A DNA stretch of 49,013 nt from NCBI GenBank assembly GCA_036149055.1, contig JAYZQJ010000107.1, forward strand, positions 1 through 49,013. The letters run 5' to 3'. A model generated the notes under the pieces. The model made no database searches, was not told where the DNA came from, and saw only the letters and a program-made list of their open reading frames with translations. Below, piece by piece: positions 29,228 through 39,072 of this stretch. A program made the translations under genes and the position numbers. Position 1 is the first letter of the stretch; each line of letters starts with the position of its first letter. Source of the stretch: Myxococcota bacterium (GTDB lineage: Bacteria; Myxococcota_A; Polyangia; Polyangiales; Sandaracinaceae).

Positions 29228-29989
29228 ATGCGCGCTCGTGCCTACGTGACCGACCTCCAGCACTTTCTCGACGAGGAGGGCCGCCTGGTGGGCGGCGGGC
29301 CGGGCAAGCTCGGGGCGTACCTCGCGTGTGTCGCCGAGCTCGGCTCCTTGCTGCCCCTCGGGGCGGCCGGCACGACCGGAGCCCGCTGCGCGCTCCCGGG
29401 CCAGCGCGCGTGCGGCGCGCCACTGTGGCTGCACCGGCAAGCGCACGACACCCTCGCCTGGGAGTGCGGCGCGTGCGGCGCGCGCGGTCAGATCCGAGGC
29501 TGGGCCGGGACTCGGTTCGACCTGTCGGGGGTGGCGGCCGCCAGCGGCGACGACGAGGGCGACGTGATCTTGCCGCACGACGAGTGGCTCGCGGCGCGGC
29601 GCCGGATCGAGTGTGCGCCCGCCCTGCGCTTGCGGCTCGCCGCGATCCTCGACGTCGACGGAGGCTTCGTCGCGTTCACCGCCGACTACGGCGAGATGCT
29701 GGAGCTGGTCCGGCGGAGCCGGGAGGCCGCCGACGCAGCGCGGGGCAAGGACCGTCGCCTGCTCGATCGCTTCTCGGCGTTCGTCGAGGGCGCGTCCACC
29801 CACCGAAGCGGCTTCACCGACCCGGTGCTCGACCTGGCGGACGCGCTGGAGCTGGGAGCGTCCGAGGAGGTCTTCGAGCATGCGCGTCGGAGCGCGAGGA
29901 CCGCCGGCCGCGACGTCGTGCGTGAGTCCGACCTCGTGGACGCGCAGCTCGCGCTCGCGGCGCGCCGCGGCGGCCACACGCTGCACTGA
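29228..29989 (+). CDS. Hypothetical protein with N-terminal Cys zinc-binding motif
   Basis: TDLQHFLDEEG, C...C...WECGACG..G.I.GW; coherent coding-like composition. Confidence 0.65.
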   Translation: MRARAYVTDLQHFLDEEGRLVGGGPGKLGAYLACVAELGSLLPLGAAGTTGARCALPGQRACGAPLWLHRQAHDTLAWECGACGARGQIRGWAGTRFDLSGVAAASGDDEGDVILPHDEWLAARRRIECAPALRLRLAAILDVDGGFVAFTADYGEMLELVRRSREAADAARGKDRRLLDRFSAFVEGASTHRSGFTDPVLDLADALELGASEEVFEHARRSARTAGRDVVRESDLVDAQLALAARRGGHTLH

Positions 29990-29996
29990 GCTTTTT

Positions 29997-30223
29997 GGAG
30001 GGTTTGGTGCAAACCCTCCCCCCATGGGGCAAAGCGCCAATGGGGCCCCCCTCCCGACTCCGCCGGCGCTTCGCGCTCGCGCCGCGACCCCAGCGACGGG
30101 GCGCTGGGGGCCCTGCGGCTCGCGCTCGCGCTGCGCGCTCGCTGGCCGCTCGCTGCCGCGGGATCGAACACAGGTGGTGGTGGTCCGTGCGGCGACCTCG
30201 CTGCGCTCGTCGCTTGCCGTCAT
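29997..30223 (+). repeat. Palindromic intergenic repeat element (REP/MITE-like), copy A
   Basis: Perfect stem GGAGGGTTTG-GTG-CAAACCCTCC; 30128-30223 matches the reverse complement of 48918-49013. Confidence 0.8.
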
Positions 30224-30351
30224 CTCCGGTCGTGTGGTGGAGGCGGGGGTGCCTCGGCGCCATGACTTGCCACCTCTTGACCCCGGCGGCTGCGGAATCT
30301 CGCGCCGGGGCGGGGGGTTGTCCCGTGACGGCGGGCGGGGGCGTGGGCATG

Positions 30352-31248
30352 ATGAGCGGGATGGCTTGGGAGCCGGTGGAGCGGTGGCCGGGGGACGCGG
30401 GCGGCGAGGGGGCGTTTCGCTCCGGGGCGGAGCCGGCGCTCGCGTCGCGGGGGGCGCCTTCGCCGTGGGAGCGAGTGAGGCTCTTCTGGTTCTCCTCGCC
30501 GGAGCTGCCGCTCGAGCACGTGGCCCGGCGCGCGGTGCTGACGTCGTCGTTCGTCTACGTGGAGCGCATGACCGGGCGGCGGGAGCGGGTGCGGCGCGCG
30601 ATGCTGCGCGGGTTCCGGCGCGAGGGCGGGCGGCTGATCGTCGGGGTGGTCGACGGGGAGGATCTCGTCTTGCCCTTCCGCGTCGGCTGCGCGCTCCAGG
30701 CGCAGCTCCTCGCGCAGCTCGGGGGGAAGGCCGGCGAGCGCTGGGTCGGGTGGCAGCACGTCCGGCTCGGCGCGGCGTCCTCGGTCACGGCGGGGCTCGC
30801 CGCGTGGACCCTGCTCGCCGCGATCCGCCCGGAGATGGTCCGCGCGCACTGGGCGCTCGAGCTCTACACGTCCGAGACCTGCCTGCGCGCGTACTTCGGG
30901 GTCGGCCTGGCCCTCGTCGCGCTCGCCCTCCTGCTCTGGGTGCCGATGCGGGTGCGGGTCGACCCGCTCGGGGTGGAGGTGCGGCGCGGGCTGGTGCCCT
31001 GGCTGCCGTTCTTCCTCCCCGCCGAGCGCGTGGCCGCGGTCGTGGTGAACGAGCGGCGCAGCAAGGTCCGCGGACGGGAACAGTTCTTGTTCTACGCGGT
31101 GGAGCTGCGCTTCGATCCACCGACCCGCCTCGCCTCCCTCACCCGCCGCTCCGCGCTGCCGCTCCGCCGACACGACAACCGCGCGATGAAGTCGACGCCG
31201 AACGCCGAGGCCGCGCGGCTGCGCGAGCTGCTTCGACTCGACGTTTGA
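30352..31248 (+). CDS. Hypothetical membrane protein (PH-like domains possible)
   Basis: Two TM helices flanked by beta-rich segments; start uncertain (30349-30361). Confidence 0.6.
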   Translation: MSGMAWEPVERWPGDAGGEGAFRSGAEPALASRGAPSPWERVRLFWFSSPELPLEHVARRAVLTSSFVYVERMTGRRERVRRAMLRGFRREGGRLIVGVVDGEDLVLPFRVGCALQAQLLAQLGGKAGERWVGWQHVRLGAASSVTAGLAAWTLLAAIRPEMVRAHWALELYTSETCLRAYFGVGLALVALALLLWVPMRVRVDPLGVEVRRGLVPWLPFFLPAERVAAVVVNERRSKVRGREQFLFYAVELRFDPPTRLASLTRRSALPLRRHDNRAMKSTPNAEAARLRELLRLDV

Positions 31249-31275
31249 AGGGTTATCCCCGTTCGGGGACGCCTC

Positions 31276-31300
31276 GCCGCGCGGCGGTCGCGGCTTTTTT
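31276..31300 (+). terminator. Rho-independent terminator
   Basis: GCCGCG-N7-CGCGGC stem followed by TTTTTT, 28 nt after the stop at 31248. Confidence 0.65.
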
Positions 31301-31380
31301 GCTTTCCCGATCCGCGTGGGCATTCTCCCGACAACGCGACGCCGGGGGCGCTGGGGCGGCGCGGTGTGGGTGAGTAACAA

Positions 31381-32067
31381 GTGTTTACATCGAACGAGCA
31401 GAGTCAATCCTGGACCCTCTGGCGTCTCGACTGGGCGTCCCTCTGCCCCGTCGCGCTCGGCGGGGGAGTGACGGCGGCGCCGATCGGCGTGGAGGACGCC
31501 CTCGCGTTCATGGGGGCGCACTACGCCGAGGCGTTCCGGTCCGACGCCGCCGATCACCGCTTCTTGCCGGATCCGATGACGCCGGCGAAGCGGCGCTTCC
31601 TCGCGCAGTCGGACCGGATCGCGTTCCGCGACGGCGACCGGGTGGTCGGCCTCCTGGTCGGCAACCCGGTCGACTGGAGCACGTACTACTGGCGCACGGT
31701 CGCGTTCCTGCCCGAGTACCAGGGGCGGGGCCTGCTCGCGGCGCTGCTCGCGCACACCGACCGCCTGATGGCCGCCCACGGGGTGGTCCGGGTCGAGGGC
31801 GAGTGCGCGCCGACCAACTACCGGCAGCTCCGATTGCTGCTGCGACTGGGCTACGTGGTGACCAGCACGGTCACCAGCGAGCGCTGGGGCGCGATGCTGC
31901 GCCTCACGCGCTTTCTCGACGAACAGGCGGAGGAGGCGTTCGTGGATCGATACAGCAAGGACGCCGGCCTGCCGCGTGGACCATCCCCCGAACCCCAGCC
32001 CCGAGGAGGACGTCATGAAGAAGTTCGCGACCGCGTGTTTCTGAGCGCTGCGAGGAGCGCGCGATGA
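31381..32067 (+). CDS. GNAT-family N-acyltransferase
   Basis: AFLPEYQGRGL acetyl-CoA-binding motif, 'P.N...LLLRLGY'; the last ~30 aa are low-complexity and overlap the small ORF. Confidence 0.85.
   Translation: MFTSNEQSQSWTLWRLDWASLCPVALGGGVTAAPIGVEDALAFMGAHYAEAFRSDAADHRFLPDPMTPAKRRFLAQSDRIAFRDGDRVVGLLVGNPVDWSTYYWRTVAFLPEYQGRGLLAALLAHTDRLMAAHGVVRVEGECAPTNYRQLRLLLRLGYVVTSTVTSERWGAMLRLTRFLDEQAEEAFVDRYSKDAGLPRGPSPEPQPRGGRHEEVRDRVFLSAARSAR
32015..32044 (+). CDS. Putative 9-aa precursor peptide MKKFATACF
   Basis: GAGGAGG SD at 32003-32009, 5 nt before ATG AAG AAG TTC GCG ACC GCG TGT TTC TGA; in a different frame from the GNAT; directly upstream of the HO-like and YcaO genes. Confidence 0.6.
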   Translation: MKKFATACF

Positions 32068-32759
32068 TCGCCGCGGCCCTGAAGCGCGACATCGAGCGCT
32101 ACGCGGCGGGCATGCACCGCACCAACCCGCTCTACGTGGGGGCGGCCACCGGGCGGCTCACGCCCGAGGTGGTCGCCTACTACCTGAGCAACGTGCGACA
32201 CCTCGTGCAGCACACCCCGCTGCACCTCGAGCGGGCGCGTCGGCGCGCTCGCGCGCTCGGCCGGGACGACCTGGCCGCGCACTTCGCCGAGAAGCTCGTG
32301 GAGGAGCACGGCCACGATCGCTGGGCCGACCAGGATCTCGCGCTCCTCCGCGAGCGCTTCGGGAGCGAGGCGGTCGGCGCGCTCGCGCCCGCGCTGCTCA
32401 CCCAGCTGCGCTGGATCGAGGCGCTGATCGACCGCGATCCGGCGCTCTACCTCGCCTACATCCTCTTCGCCGAGTACCTCATCGTGCTGATGGGGCCGAC
32501 GTGGCTGGCGCTGATCGAGGAGCGCTGCGGCATCCCGCGGCGCATGTTCTCGGTGATCGGCAACCACGCCGAGCTCGACGCGGAGCACGCCGACGAGGGG
32601 CTCGACGCCATCGACGCGATGGTCACCGACCCCGCGCTGATGCGACCGATGCGCGAGACGACGGCGCGGGCGATCGCGCTCTTCGAGCGCTGGTCGGGCG
32701 AGGTCGTCGCCCACGGATACCGGGAGCCGGAGTCATGGACCGCCGCCTCCTGCGCCTGA
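32064..32759 (+). CDS. Heme-oxygenase-like diiron oxidase (HDO; PqqC/CADD/TenA-like fold)
   Basis: EEHGHDRW, AEY and HAELDAEH metal-ligand pattern; ATGA coupling to the GNAT stop. Confidence 0.82.
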   Translation: MIAAALKRDIERYAAGMHRTNPLYVGAATGRLTPEVVAYYLSNVRHLVQHTPLHLERARRRARALGRDDLAAHFAEKLVEEHGHDRWADQDLALLRERFGSEAVGALAPALLTQLRWIEALIDRDPALYLAYILFAEYLIVLMGPTWLALIEERCGIPRRMFSVIGNHAELDAEHADEGLDAIDAMVTDPALMRPMRETTARAIALFERWSGEVVAHGYREPESWTAASCA

Positions 32760-33766
32760 GCCGAGCGCTCCCGCTCCCCGCCGGGTGGAGCGCGCCCGAG
32801 CTCTTCGCCGACACCGTCGCCCTCGAGGGGGCGCGCGGGCGGGTGGAGGTGCGCCGGGCCGGCCTCCAGGCGCGCGGCCCCGACGGGACCGAGGCCACCG
32901 GCAGCGCGGCCGAGCTCGACGGGGATCCGCTGCCGCGGGCCTGGTACGAGCTGCTCGAGCGGGTGGCCATCGTCGAGGCGACCGGAGCCCCGCGGCCCCG
33001 GGTCGACGCGGGCGGCCACCCGACCGGCGCCTTCCACGTGTCGGCGCCGGCACGGGGTAAGGGCGCGCGGCGGGCGGCCCGCTCCAACGGGGTCGCGCTG
33101 CACCGCTCGTTCGAGGCGGCCCGCGACGCGGCTCGGCGCGAGCTGGTCGAGCGCGATCTGGTGCTCGGCAGCTGGTACGGGGAGCTCCCCCTGCGCCGCG
33201 GCGTCTGCCCGGCGCGGCTCGCGCCGTTCACCGGTCACGACTGGGAGGTCCGGCTGGTGCGGGACCCCGACGGGGTCGCCCCGGATCTCGTGGCCGCGGT
33301 GGTGGTCGGCTTCCCCCGGCGGAGCACCGTCCCCCTGGCCCGCGGGTTCGCCGCTGCCCCCGACGCCCACGCCGCGGCGGACGCGGCCGCGCGCGAGGCC
33401 CTCCAGAACCTGGCGTTCCTCTGGGACGAGCCGGTGCCCGTGGCCGCGCCGACCCCGTCGCCGACGCCGTTCTTCCACCTGGACTACTACCTGGTCCCCG
33501 CCCACCACGAGGCGCTGCGGGCCTGGCTCGACCGGGACGCCGCGTCGTCGCGACCGCGACCCCGAACCGGACCCCGAACCGGACCCCGAGCCGGGCGTCG
33601 ACCCGGGCGCACGGCGGGCGCGGTGAGCTACGTCGACTTGACGCCGGCCTGCCTCTCCGGGGCGGCGCGGGTGGTGCGGGCAGTGGCAACATCGACCCGG
33701 CCGCTGGTGTTCGGGCCGGCCGCGCCGCCCGTCGCCCCGACTTTCTGCGTGCATCCGATCGCCTGA
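32735..33766 (+). CDS. Compact YcaO-family protein
   Basis: GSAA...RAWYELLER, SNGVALH, A.RELVERD ATP-binding motifs, A.REALQ, C-terminal HPIA; GGAG RBS. Confidence 0.8.
   Translation: MDRRLLRLSRALPLPAGWSAPELFADTVALEGARGRVEVRRAGLQARGPDGTEATGSAAELDGDPLPRAWYELLERVAIVEATGAPRPRVDAGGHPTGAFHVSAPARGKGARRAARSNGVALHRSFEAARDAARRELVERDLVLGSWYGELPLRRGVCPARLAPFTGHDWEVRLVRDPDGVAPDLVAAVVVGFPRRSTVPLARGFAAAPDAHAAADAAAREALQNLAFLWDEPVPVAAPTPSPTPFFHLDYYLVPAHHEALRAWLDRDAASSRPRPRTGPRTGPRAGRRPGRTAGAVSYVDLTPACLSGAARVVRAVATSTRPLVFGPAAPPVAPTFCVHPIA
33558..33593 (+). repeat. 12-bp tandem repeat x3 within YcaO
   Basis: GACCCCGAACCG GACCCCGAACCG GACCCCGAGCCG. Confidence 0.85.
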
Positions 33767-33808
33767 CCCTCTTCAACCCCCTCGCGATCTGGTAGCTTCG
33801 CGTGGCCC

Positions 33809-36800
33809 GTGCAGGTAGGGGAGCCGCGCATCCGGATCGACGAGGTCGAGCTCCACGAGGAGCTCGGCTGGGGCGCGACCTCCGTCGTGCGTCGCGGCGT
33901 GCGCCGCGGGAGCTCGGTCGCGGTCAAGATCGCGCGCGGCGGCGGGCGGGCGGCGCGCTGGTTCCGTCGCGAGGCCGCGGCCCTCGCCCGCGTCGATCAC
34001 GAGGGCTTGCCGCGGGTGCTCGAGGTCGGCGAGTCGGACGGAGTCCCGTGGCTGGTCATGGAGCTCGTCCGGGGGCCGACGCTCGCCGAGCGGCTCGCCG
34101 AGGGGCGGCCGCCCGAGGGCGAGGCGCTCTCCCTGGCTGTCGCGATCGCCGACACGCTCGACGCGGTGCACCGGCGCGGCGTCGTGCACTGCGACGTCAA
34201 GCCGCAGAACGTGGTGCTCGACGGGGGCGACCGCGTGCGGCTGGTGGACTTCGGCTTCGCGACCCCCGAGCGGCTCTCGCCCGAGGGCGCCGGCACGCCG
34301 CCCTACGCGGCCCCCGAGCAGACGCGCGGCGCCCGCCTCGTCGACGCCCGCACCGATCTCCACGCGCTCGGCCGCGTGTTGCTGGAGTGCCTGACCGGCG
34401 ATCCGCTCGCCGACCTCGACTCGGTCCCCGCGCCGCTCGCGGTGGTCCTCGGGGGGTTGCTCGCGCCCGAGCCCGCCGATCGCTACCCGAGCGCCCGCGC
34501 GGTGGTCGGCGAGCTGGAGCGCCTGCGCGCCGGCGAGGCGCCGCTCGGCCCGGCGTCGCCGCTGCACCCCGCCGTCGAGGCGTTCGCGCTCGTCGGCCGG
34601 GACGCCGAGCTGGCCCGGCTCCGCGAGCTCTGGCGCGGCAGCAGCGCGGGCTGGGGCGAGGTGGTGCTGGTCGAGGGCCCGCGCGGCGCCGGCAAGAGCC
34701 GCCTCGTGCGCGAGCTGGTGCGGGAGATCGAGGCCGAGGGCGGCCGCGTCATTCACCATGCTTGCGCCGAGAACGACCCGCGGCCGCTCGCCGCGCTGCG
34801 CGCGATCTTCGAACAGGCGGCCGCCGCCCTCCGGCGCGACGAGGCCGCCCGGGCCGACCTGCGGGGGCGCCTCGGGCCCGACCTCGCGGCGTTCGCCGGG
34901 GTGCTCTGCCCGGAGCTGGCCGAGCTGCTCGGGGCCGACGCGAGCTACGACGCCGGGCTCGGGGCCGAGGCCTTCACCCAGGCGGTCGCCGACCTCGTGC
35001 TCGAGCTCGCCGCGTCCCTCGGCCCGCTCTGCGTGGTGGCCGACGACGGGCAGTGGATGGACCGCACCAGCGCCGAGGTGCTGACCCGGGTGGCCGATCG
35101 CATCGGCGCGACCCGTCTCCTGCTCGCGGTCGCGACCCGGGCCGGCGAGGGGCGCACGAGCCCCGCGCTGCCGCGGCTGGTGTTGACCCCGTTCGACGGC
35201 GGGCGGACGGCGGCGCTGGTCTCCGCCCACCTCGGGCACGCGGTGAGCGAGGAGCTGGTCGCCTGGGTGGCGCGGGTCTCCGACGGCACGCCGCTCGGCA
35301 TCGTCGAGGTGCTCGACGCGATGCTCGACGCGGCGACCCTCCGCCCGGTGGACGAGGTCTGGCGCTTCGACCGGGCGCGGGCTGAGCAGATGCACCTCCC
35401 GCGCGGCGCCCTCGCCCTGATGGAGCGCCGGGTGGGCGCGCTGCCCCCGGCGGCGCGGCGCGTGTTCGAGTCGGCGGCGCTGCTCGGGCGCCGCTTCGAC
35501 GCCGAGGTGCTGGCCGACCTGCACGCGCTCTCGCTCGACGATCTGGAGTTCGCGCTCGCCGACGCGCGCCGGGCCGGCCTGGTGGAGGCGGACGCGCCGG
35601 GCGGCCACCGCTTCGTGCACGACGCGGTGCGGGAGGCGCTGCTCGCGGGGCTGGACGACGAGACCCGCGCGACCCTCAACCAGCGCATCGCGCGCTGCCT
35701 CGACGGCCGCGGCGGCGCCTCGCCCTTCACCCTGGCCGCGCACTACGCGGCCGGGCGCCCGCGGGAGGATCGCGGCCGGCTGCTCGACGTGGCCGAGGAC
35801 GCGCTCGCGCAGCTCATCGAGGACCACGACGACGAGGCGGCGCTCCGGCTCTTCGACGCGATCGCGGCCTCGATGCCCGACGCGGTCTCCCGCCTCGAGG
35901 TCTTCGCGGGGGAGGCGGCGACCCGCCTCGGTGACGGCAAGCGCGCGCTCCGGCACTTCGAGAGCGCGCTCGACTCCACGCTCGCCCCCGATGAGCGGGC
36001 GCGGCTGCGCGGCCGCCGCGCCTGGGTGCACCAGCAGGCCGGGGACGCCGACGCGGCCTGGGCCGAGCTCGAGCGCGCCTTCTACGAGCTGGGCGAGCGC
36101 ATGCCGGTGGAGAGCCCCCGCGCGGTCGCCGGCTCGGCGTGGCGGCTCGCCCGGGCCGAGGCGGGCCCGCCGGCCAGCGGGCGCGAGGCGGAGCGGCTCT
36201 CGGTGCTCTGCGACCTCCACTACCAGAACGTCCGGCTCGGCGAGGAGTACGAGAAGCCGCTCCGGCTGATCCAGAGCACCGCCCGCGCCTACGCGCTCTC
36301 GCGCCGCCTGCCTCCGTCGGCCGCCCGGGCCCGGAGCGAGGCCCTGGTCGCGACCGCGCTCGCCATCCTCGGCCGGCGAGACGCGAGCACGCGGCACGCC
36401 GAGGAGGCGATGCGGATCGCGCGGGGGCTCGGGCGACCTCCGGTGCTCGCCTTCTGCGAGCAGATGCGCGCCATGGCCAGCTACTTCGGGGGCGACTTCG
36501 ACCGCGGCCTCGATCGGCTCCACGACGCCTTCGGGCGTCACGAGCGCTGGATGGAGGCGGCCGAGCTCTGCCTCTTCGCCGTTGGCGTCTACACCATCGA
36601 GGCGATCCGAGGTCAGTATCGCTACGCGCCGGCGATGCTCCGCCGCAGCCTCTCCCGGGCGCGCCGTCTGCACGCGCCGCCGCCGGCTCTGGTGCTCGCC
36701 GAGCACTGCGAGCGCGCCTCCGAAGCGACGCTCACCGGGGTGGCTGCGCTCGCGCCGCGCGCGGCCCTCTCGGGCTTCAACCGTACCGCGGCCTGGGGAC

Positions 36801-39001
36801 CGATCACTCACGCGTTCCTGGAGCTCGACGAGCTCGGGCCGGAGCTCGAGGCGCACCTGGCGGAGTTCGACGCCCTGGGCCTCTCGCCGCGCACCGCGCA
36901 CCCGGTCGTGTTCGAGCACTACGTCTCGCTCGCGTACATTCGCCTGCGCCAGGCCACCCGCGGCCCCGACCGACGCGCGCCGCTGCGGGCCCTGAAGCGG
37001 GCGCTGAAGGACGTGCGCGCCGCCGCGCGCTTCCCGCTCTTCCGCGCCCACGCGCTGGTGCTGGAGGGCGCGGTGCGCTGGCTCGAGGGCGACGCCGGCA
37101 AGGCGCGCGCGCTCCTCGCCGAGGCCGACGCGATCGCCGACGCGGAGAGCTGCCTCTGGGCGCGCTTCGAGGCGGAGCGCCTCCGGGCCCACATGCTGCG
37201 CGCCGAGGGGCGGCGAGACTCTGCCCGGCAGCGGGCCTCGCTCGCGCTCGCGATCGCGCGGGAGGCGAAGGCGGCGGCCTGGGAGCGGCTCGTGCGCGGC
37301 GAGTTCGAGCTGCCGCGCGCGTCGAGCGCCCGCGGCACCAGCATCGCCACCTCGCAGGCGTCGCATCGCCGGCAGCTGCAGACGCTCTTGCACATCTTCG
37401 AGGTCGCCACCCGGCAGCCGGCGGTGGAGGAGCAGGGGCGCCTCTTCCTCGACGAGGTGATGGACTCGCTCGCCGCGACGCGCGGCCTCCTCGTGTTCGA
37501 CGCGGAGTCCTCGCGGGACGCCACCCTCCTCACCGCGCGTCAGCGCGCGGCCGAGTGGCCCGATCCGCCCCCCGAGGTGCGCGCGCTGATCGACGGCGCG
37601 CGCGAGGCCGGCATGCCGCGGAGCAGCGGCGAGTCGGACGACGCGCCGCGCGCGGTGGCCGTCCCGCTCTGGCTCCGGGGCCGGGTGGTCGGCGGCGTCT
37701 ACCTCGAGCGCGACGGCGACGAGCCTCCCTTCGAGGAGGAGGACTTCGACGTCCTCTTCGCGCTCTCCTACCAGGTGTCGGTCGCGCTCCAGCTCGCGCG
37801 CACGATGCGGGACCGGGAGCGCCTCGAGCAGTCGCTGCGGCAGGCGCAGAAGATGGAGGCGATCGGCCGGCTCGCCGGAGGCATCGCCCACGACTTCAAC
37901 AACATGCTCACGGTGATGGTCGGCACGATCCAGCTCCTCTCGCGCAAGGTCGACTCGGCCGACGCGGGGCGCGAGGTGGACATGCTCGCGCAGGTCACCG
38001 ATCGCGCGAGCCGGCTGACCAACCAGCTCCTCGCCTTCTCGCGGCAGTCGAGCACCCAGCTCGAGGTCTTCGACGTCGACGACACCCTCGAGGCGCTCGC
38101 GCCGATGCTGCGCCGCCTGATCGGCGATCAGGTGCGCGTGGTGCACGAGCGCGGCGAGGGCGGAAAGCGCGTGCACCTCGACCGCGGGCTGCTCGACCAG
38201 GCGGTGGTCAACCTCGCCCTCAACGCGCGCGACGCGATGGAGGGCGGCGGCCGGCTCGTGCTGCGCAGCCGGGGCGAGGCGGGCCGGGTGCTGATCGAGG
38301 TGGAGGACGACGGCGCCGGCATGAGCCGCGAGGTCCGCGAGAACGCGCTCGAGCCGTTCTTCACCACCAAGGAGCGGGGCAAGGGCACGGGCCTCGGCCT
38401 GGCGATGGTCTACGGCTTCGTGGAGCAGTCGGGGGGCACGCTCGAGATCGACAGCGAGCTCGGGCGGGGCACCCTCATCCGCATCGCCTTCCCGGAGACC
38501 GAGGAGAAGCCGGCGCTCCGCTCGCTGGTGATCTCCAACTCCAAGGAGCCGGAGGCGTTCCGGGCGACCCGCTCCGGCGAGATGCTGCGCACGACGGTGC
38601 TCGTGGTCGACGACGACCCGCTGGTGCTCCAGACCCTCGCGCTCGGCCTCGAGCCCGAGGGCTACCGGGTGGTCGCCGCGGAGACGCCCGACCAGGCCCT
38701 CCGCCTGGCCGACGCGCTCGACCGGGTCGACGTCATCGTGAGCGACGTGATGATGCCCGACATGAACGGGCCGGAGCTGGTCGACGCCCTCGCCGAGGTG
38801 GTGCCCGAGGCGGCGGTGCTCTTCGTGTCCGGTTACGCGGACACCGAGCTCCGTGAGACCATGGACCTGAAATCACGGAGCTTTCTCCGGAAACCGTTCC
38901 GCCCGGAGCAGCTCTGCGAGGCGGTCCGGGACACGCTCAGGCGGCGCCGCGAGTCCGACGGAATCCAAGCTGAGCGGATTCCAGTCGAAAATGGGACTTA
39001 A
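33809..39001 (+). CDS. Hybrid Ser/Thr kinase - AAA ATPase - GAF - histidine kinase - receiver protein
   Basis: [25 protein letters not shown] '[16 protein letters not shown]'; H-box [48 protein letters not shown]. Confidence 0.92.
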   Translation: MQVGEPRIRIDEVELHEELGWGATSVVRRGVRRGSSVAVKIARGGGRAARWFRREAAALARVDHEGLPRVLEVGESDGVPWLVMELVRGPTLAERLAEGRPPEGEALSLAVAIADTLDAVHRRGVVHCDVKPQNVVLDGGDRVRLVDFGFATPERLSPEGAGTPPYAAPEQTRGARLVDARTDLHALGRVLLECLTGDPLADLDSVPAPLAVVLGGLLAPEPADRYPSARAVVGELERLRAGEAPLGPASPLHPAVEAFALVGRDAELARLRELWRGSSAGWGEVVLVEGPRGAGKSRLVRELVREIEAEGGRVIHHACAENDPRPLAALRAIFEQAAAALRRDEAARADLRGRLGPDLAAFAGVLCPELAELLGADASYDAGLGAEAFTQAVADLVLELAASLGPLCVVADDGQWMDRTSAEVLTRVADRIGATRLLLAVATRAGEGRTSPALPRLVLTPFDGGRTAALVSAHLGHAVSEELVAWVARVSDGTPLGIVEVLDAMLDAATLRPVDEVWRFDRARAEQMHLPRGALALMERRVGALPPAARRVFESAALLGRRFDAEVLADLHALSLDDLEFALADARRAGLVEADAPGGHRFVHDAVREALLAGLDDETRATLNQRIARCLDGRGGASPFTLAAHYAAGRPREDRGRLLDVAEDALAQLIEDHDDEAALRLFDAIAASMPDAVSRLEVFAGEAATRLGDGKRALRHFESALDSTLAPDERARLRGRRAWVHQQAGDADAAWAELERAFYELGERMPVESPRAVAGSAWRLARAEAGPPASGREAERLSVLCDLHYQNVRLGEEYEKPLRLIQSTARAYALSRRLPPSAARARSEALVATALAILGRRDASTRHAEEAMRIARGLGRPPVLAFCEQMRAMASYFGGDFDRGLDRLHDAFGRHERWMEAAELCLFAVGVYTIEAIRGQYRYAPAMLRRSLSRARRLHAPPPALVLAEHCERASEATLTGVAALAPRAALSGFNRTAAWGPITHAFLELDELGPELEAHLAEFDALGLSPRTAHPVVFEHYVSLAYIRLRQATRGPDRRAPLRALKRALKDVRAAARFPLFRAHALVLEGAVRWLEGDAGKARALLAEADAIADAESCLWARFEAERLRAHMLRAEGRRDSARQRASLALAIAREAKAAAWERLVRGEFELPRASSARGTSIATSQASHRRQLQTLLHIFEVATRQPAVEEQGRLFLDEVMDSLAATRGLLVFDAESSRDATLLTARQRAAEWPDPPPEVRALIDGAREAGMPRSSGESDDAPRAVAVPLWLRGRVVGGVYLERDGDEPPFEEEDFDVLFALSYQVSVALQLARTMRDRERLEQSLRQAQKMEAIGRLAGGIAHDFNNMLTVMVGTIQLLSRKVDSADAGREVDMLAQVTDRASRLTNQLLAFSRQSSTQLEVFDVDDTLEALAPMLRRLIGDQVRVVHERGEGGKRVHLDRGLLDQAVVNLALNARDAMEGGGRLVLRSRGEAGRVLIEVEDDGAGMSREVRENALEPFFTTKERGKGTGLGLAMVYGFVEQSGGTLEIDSELGRGTLIRIAFPETEEKPALRSLVISNSKEPEAFRATRSGEMLRTTVLVVDDDPLVLQTLALGLEPEGYRVVAAETPDQALRLADALDRVDVIVSDVMMPDMNGPELVDALAEVVPEAAVLFVSGYADTELRETMDLKSRSFLRKPFRPEQLCEAVRDTLRRRRESDGIQAERIPVENGT

Positions 39002-39072
39002 GTCCGATACCGGTCGACGGCGGCTCTTGGCAGGGTGCTTCCCGAGGGGGGGGAGGGTCACCCGAGGCTGCC

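Noticed and set aside
33773..38176. 1467-aa minus-strand ORF
   Set aside because: Antisense shadow of the hybrid kinase.
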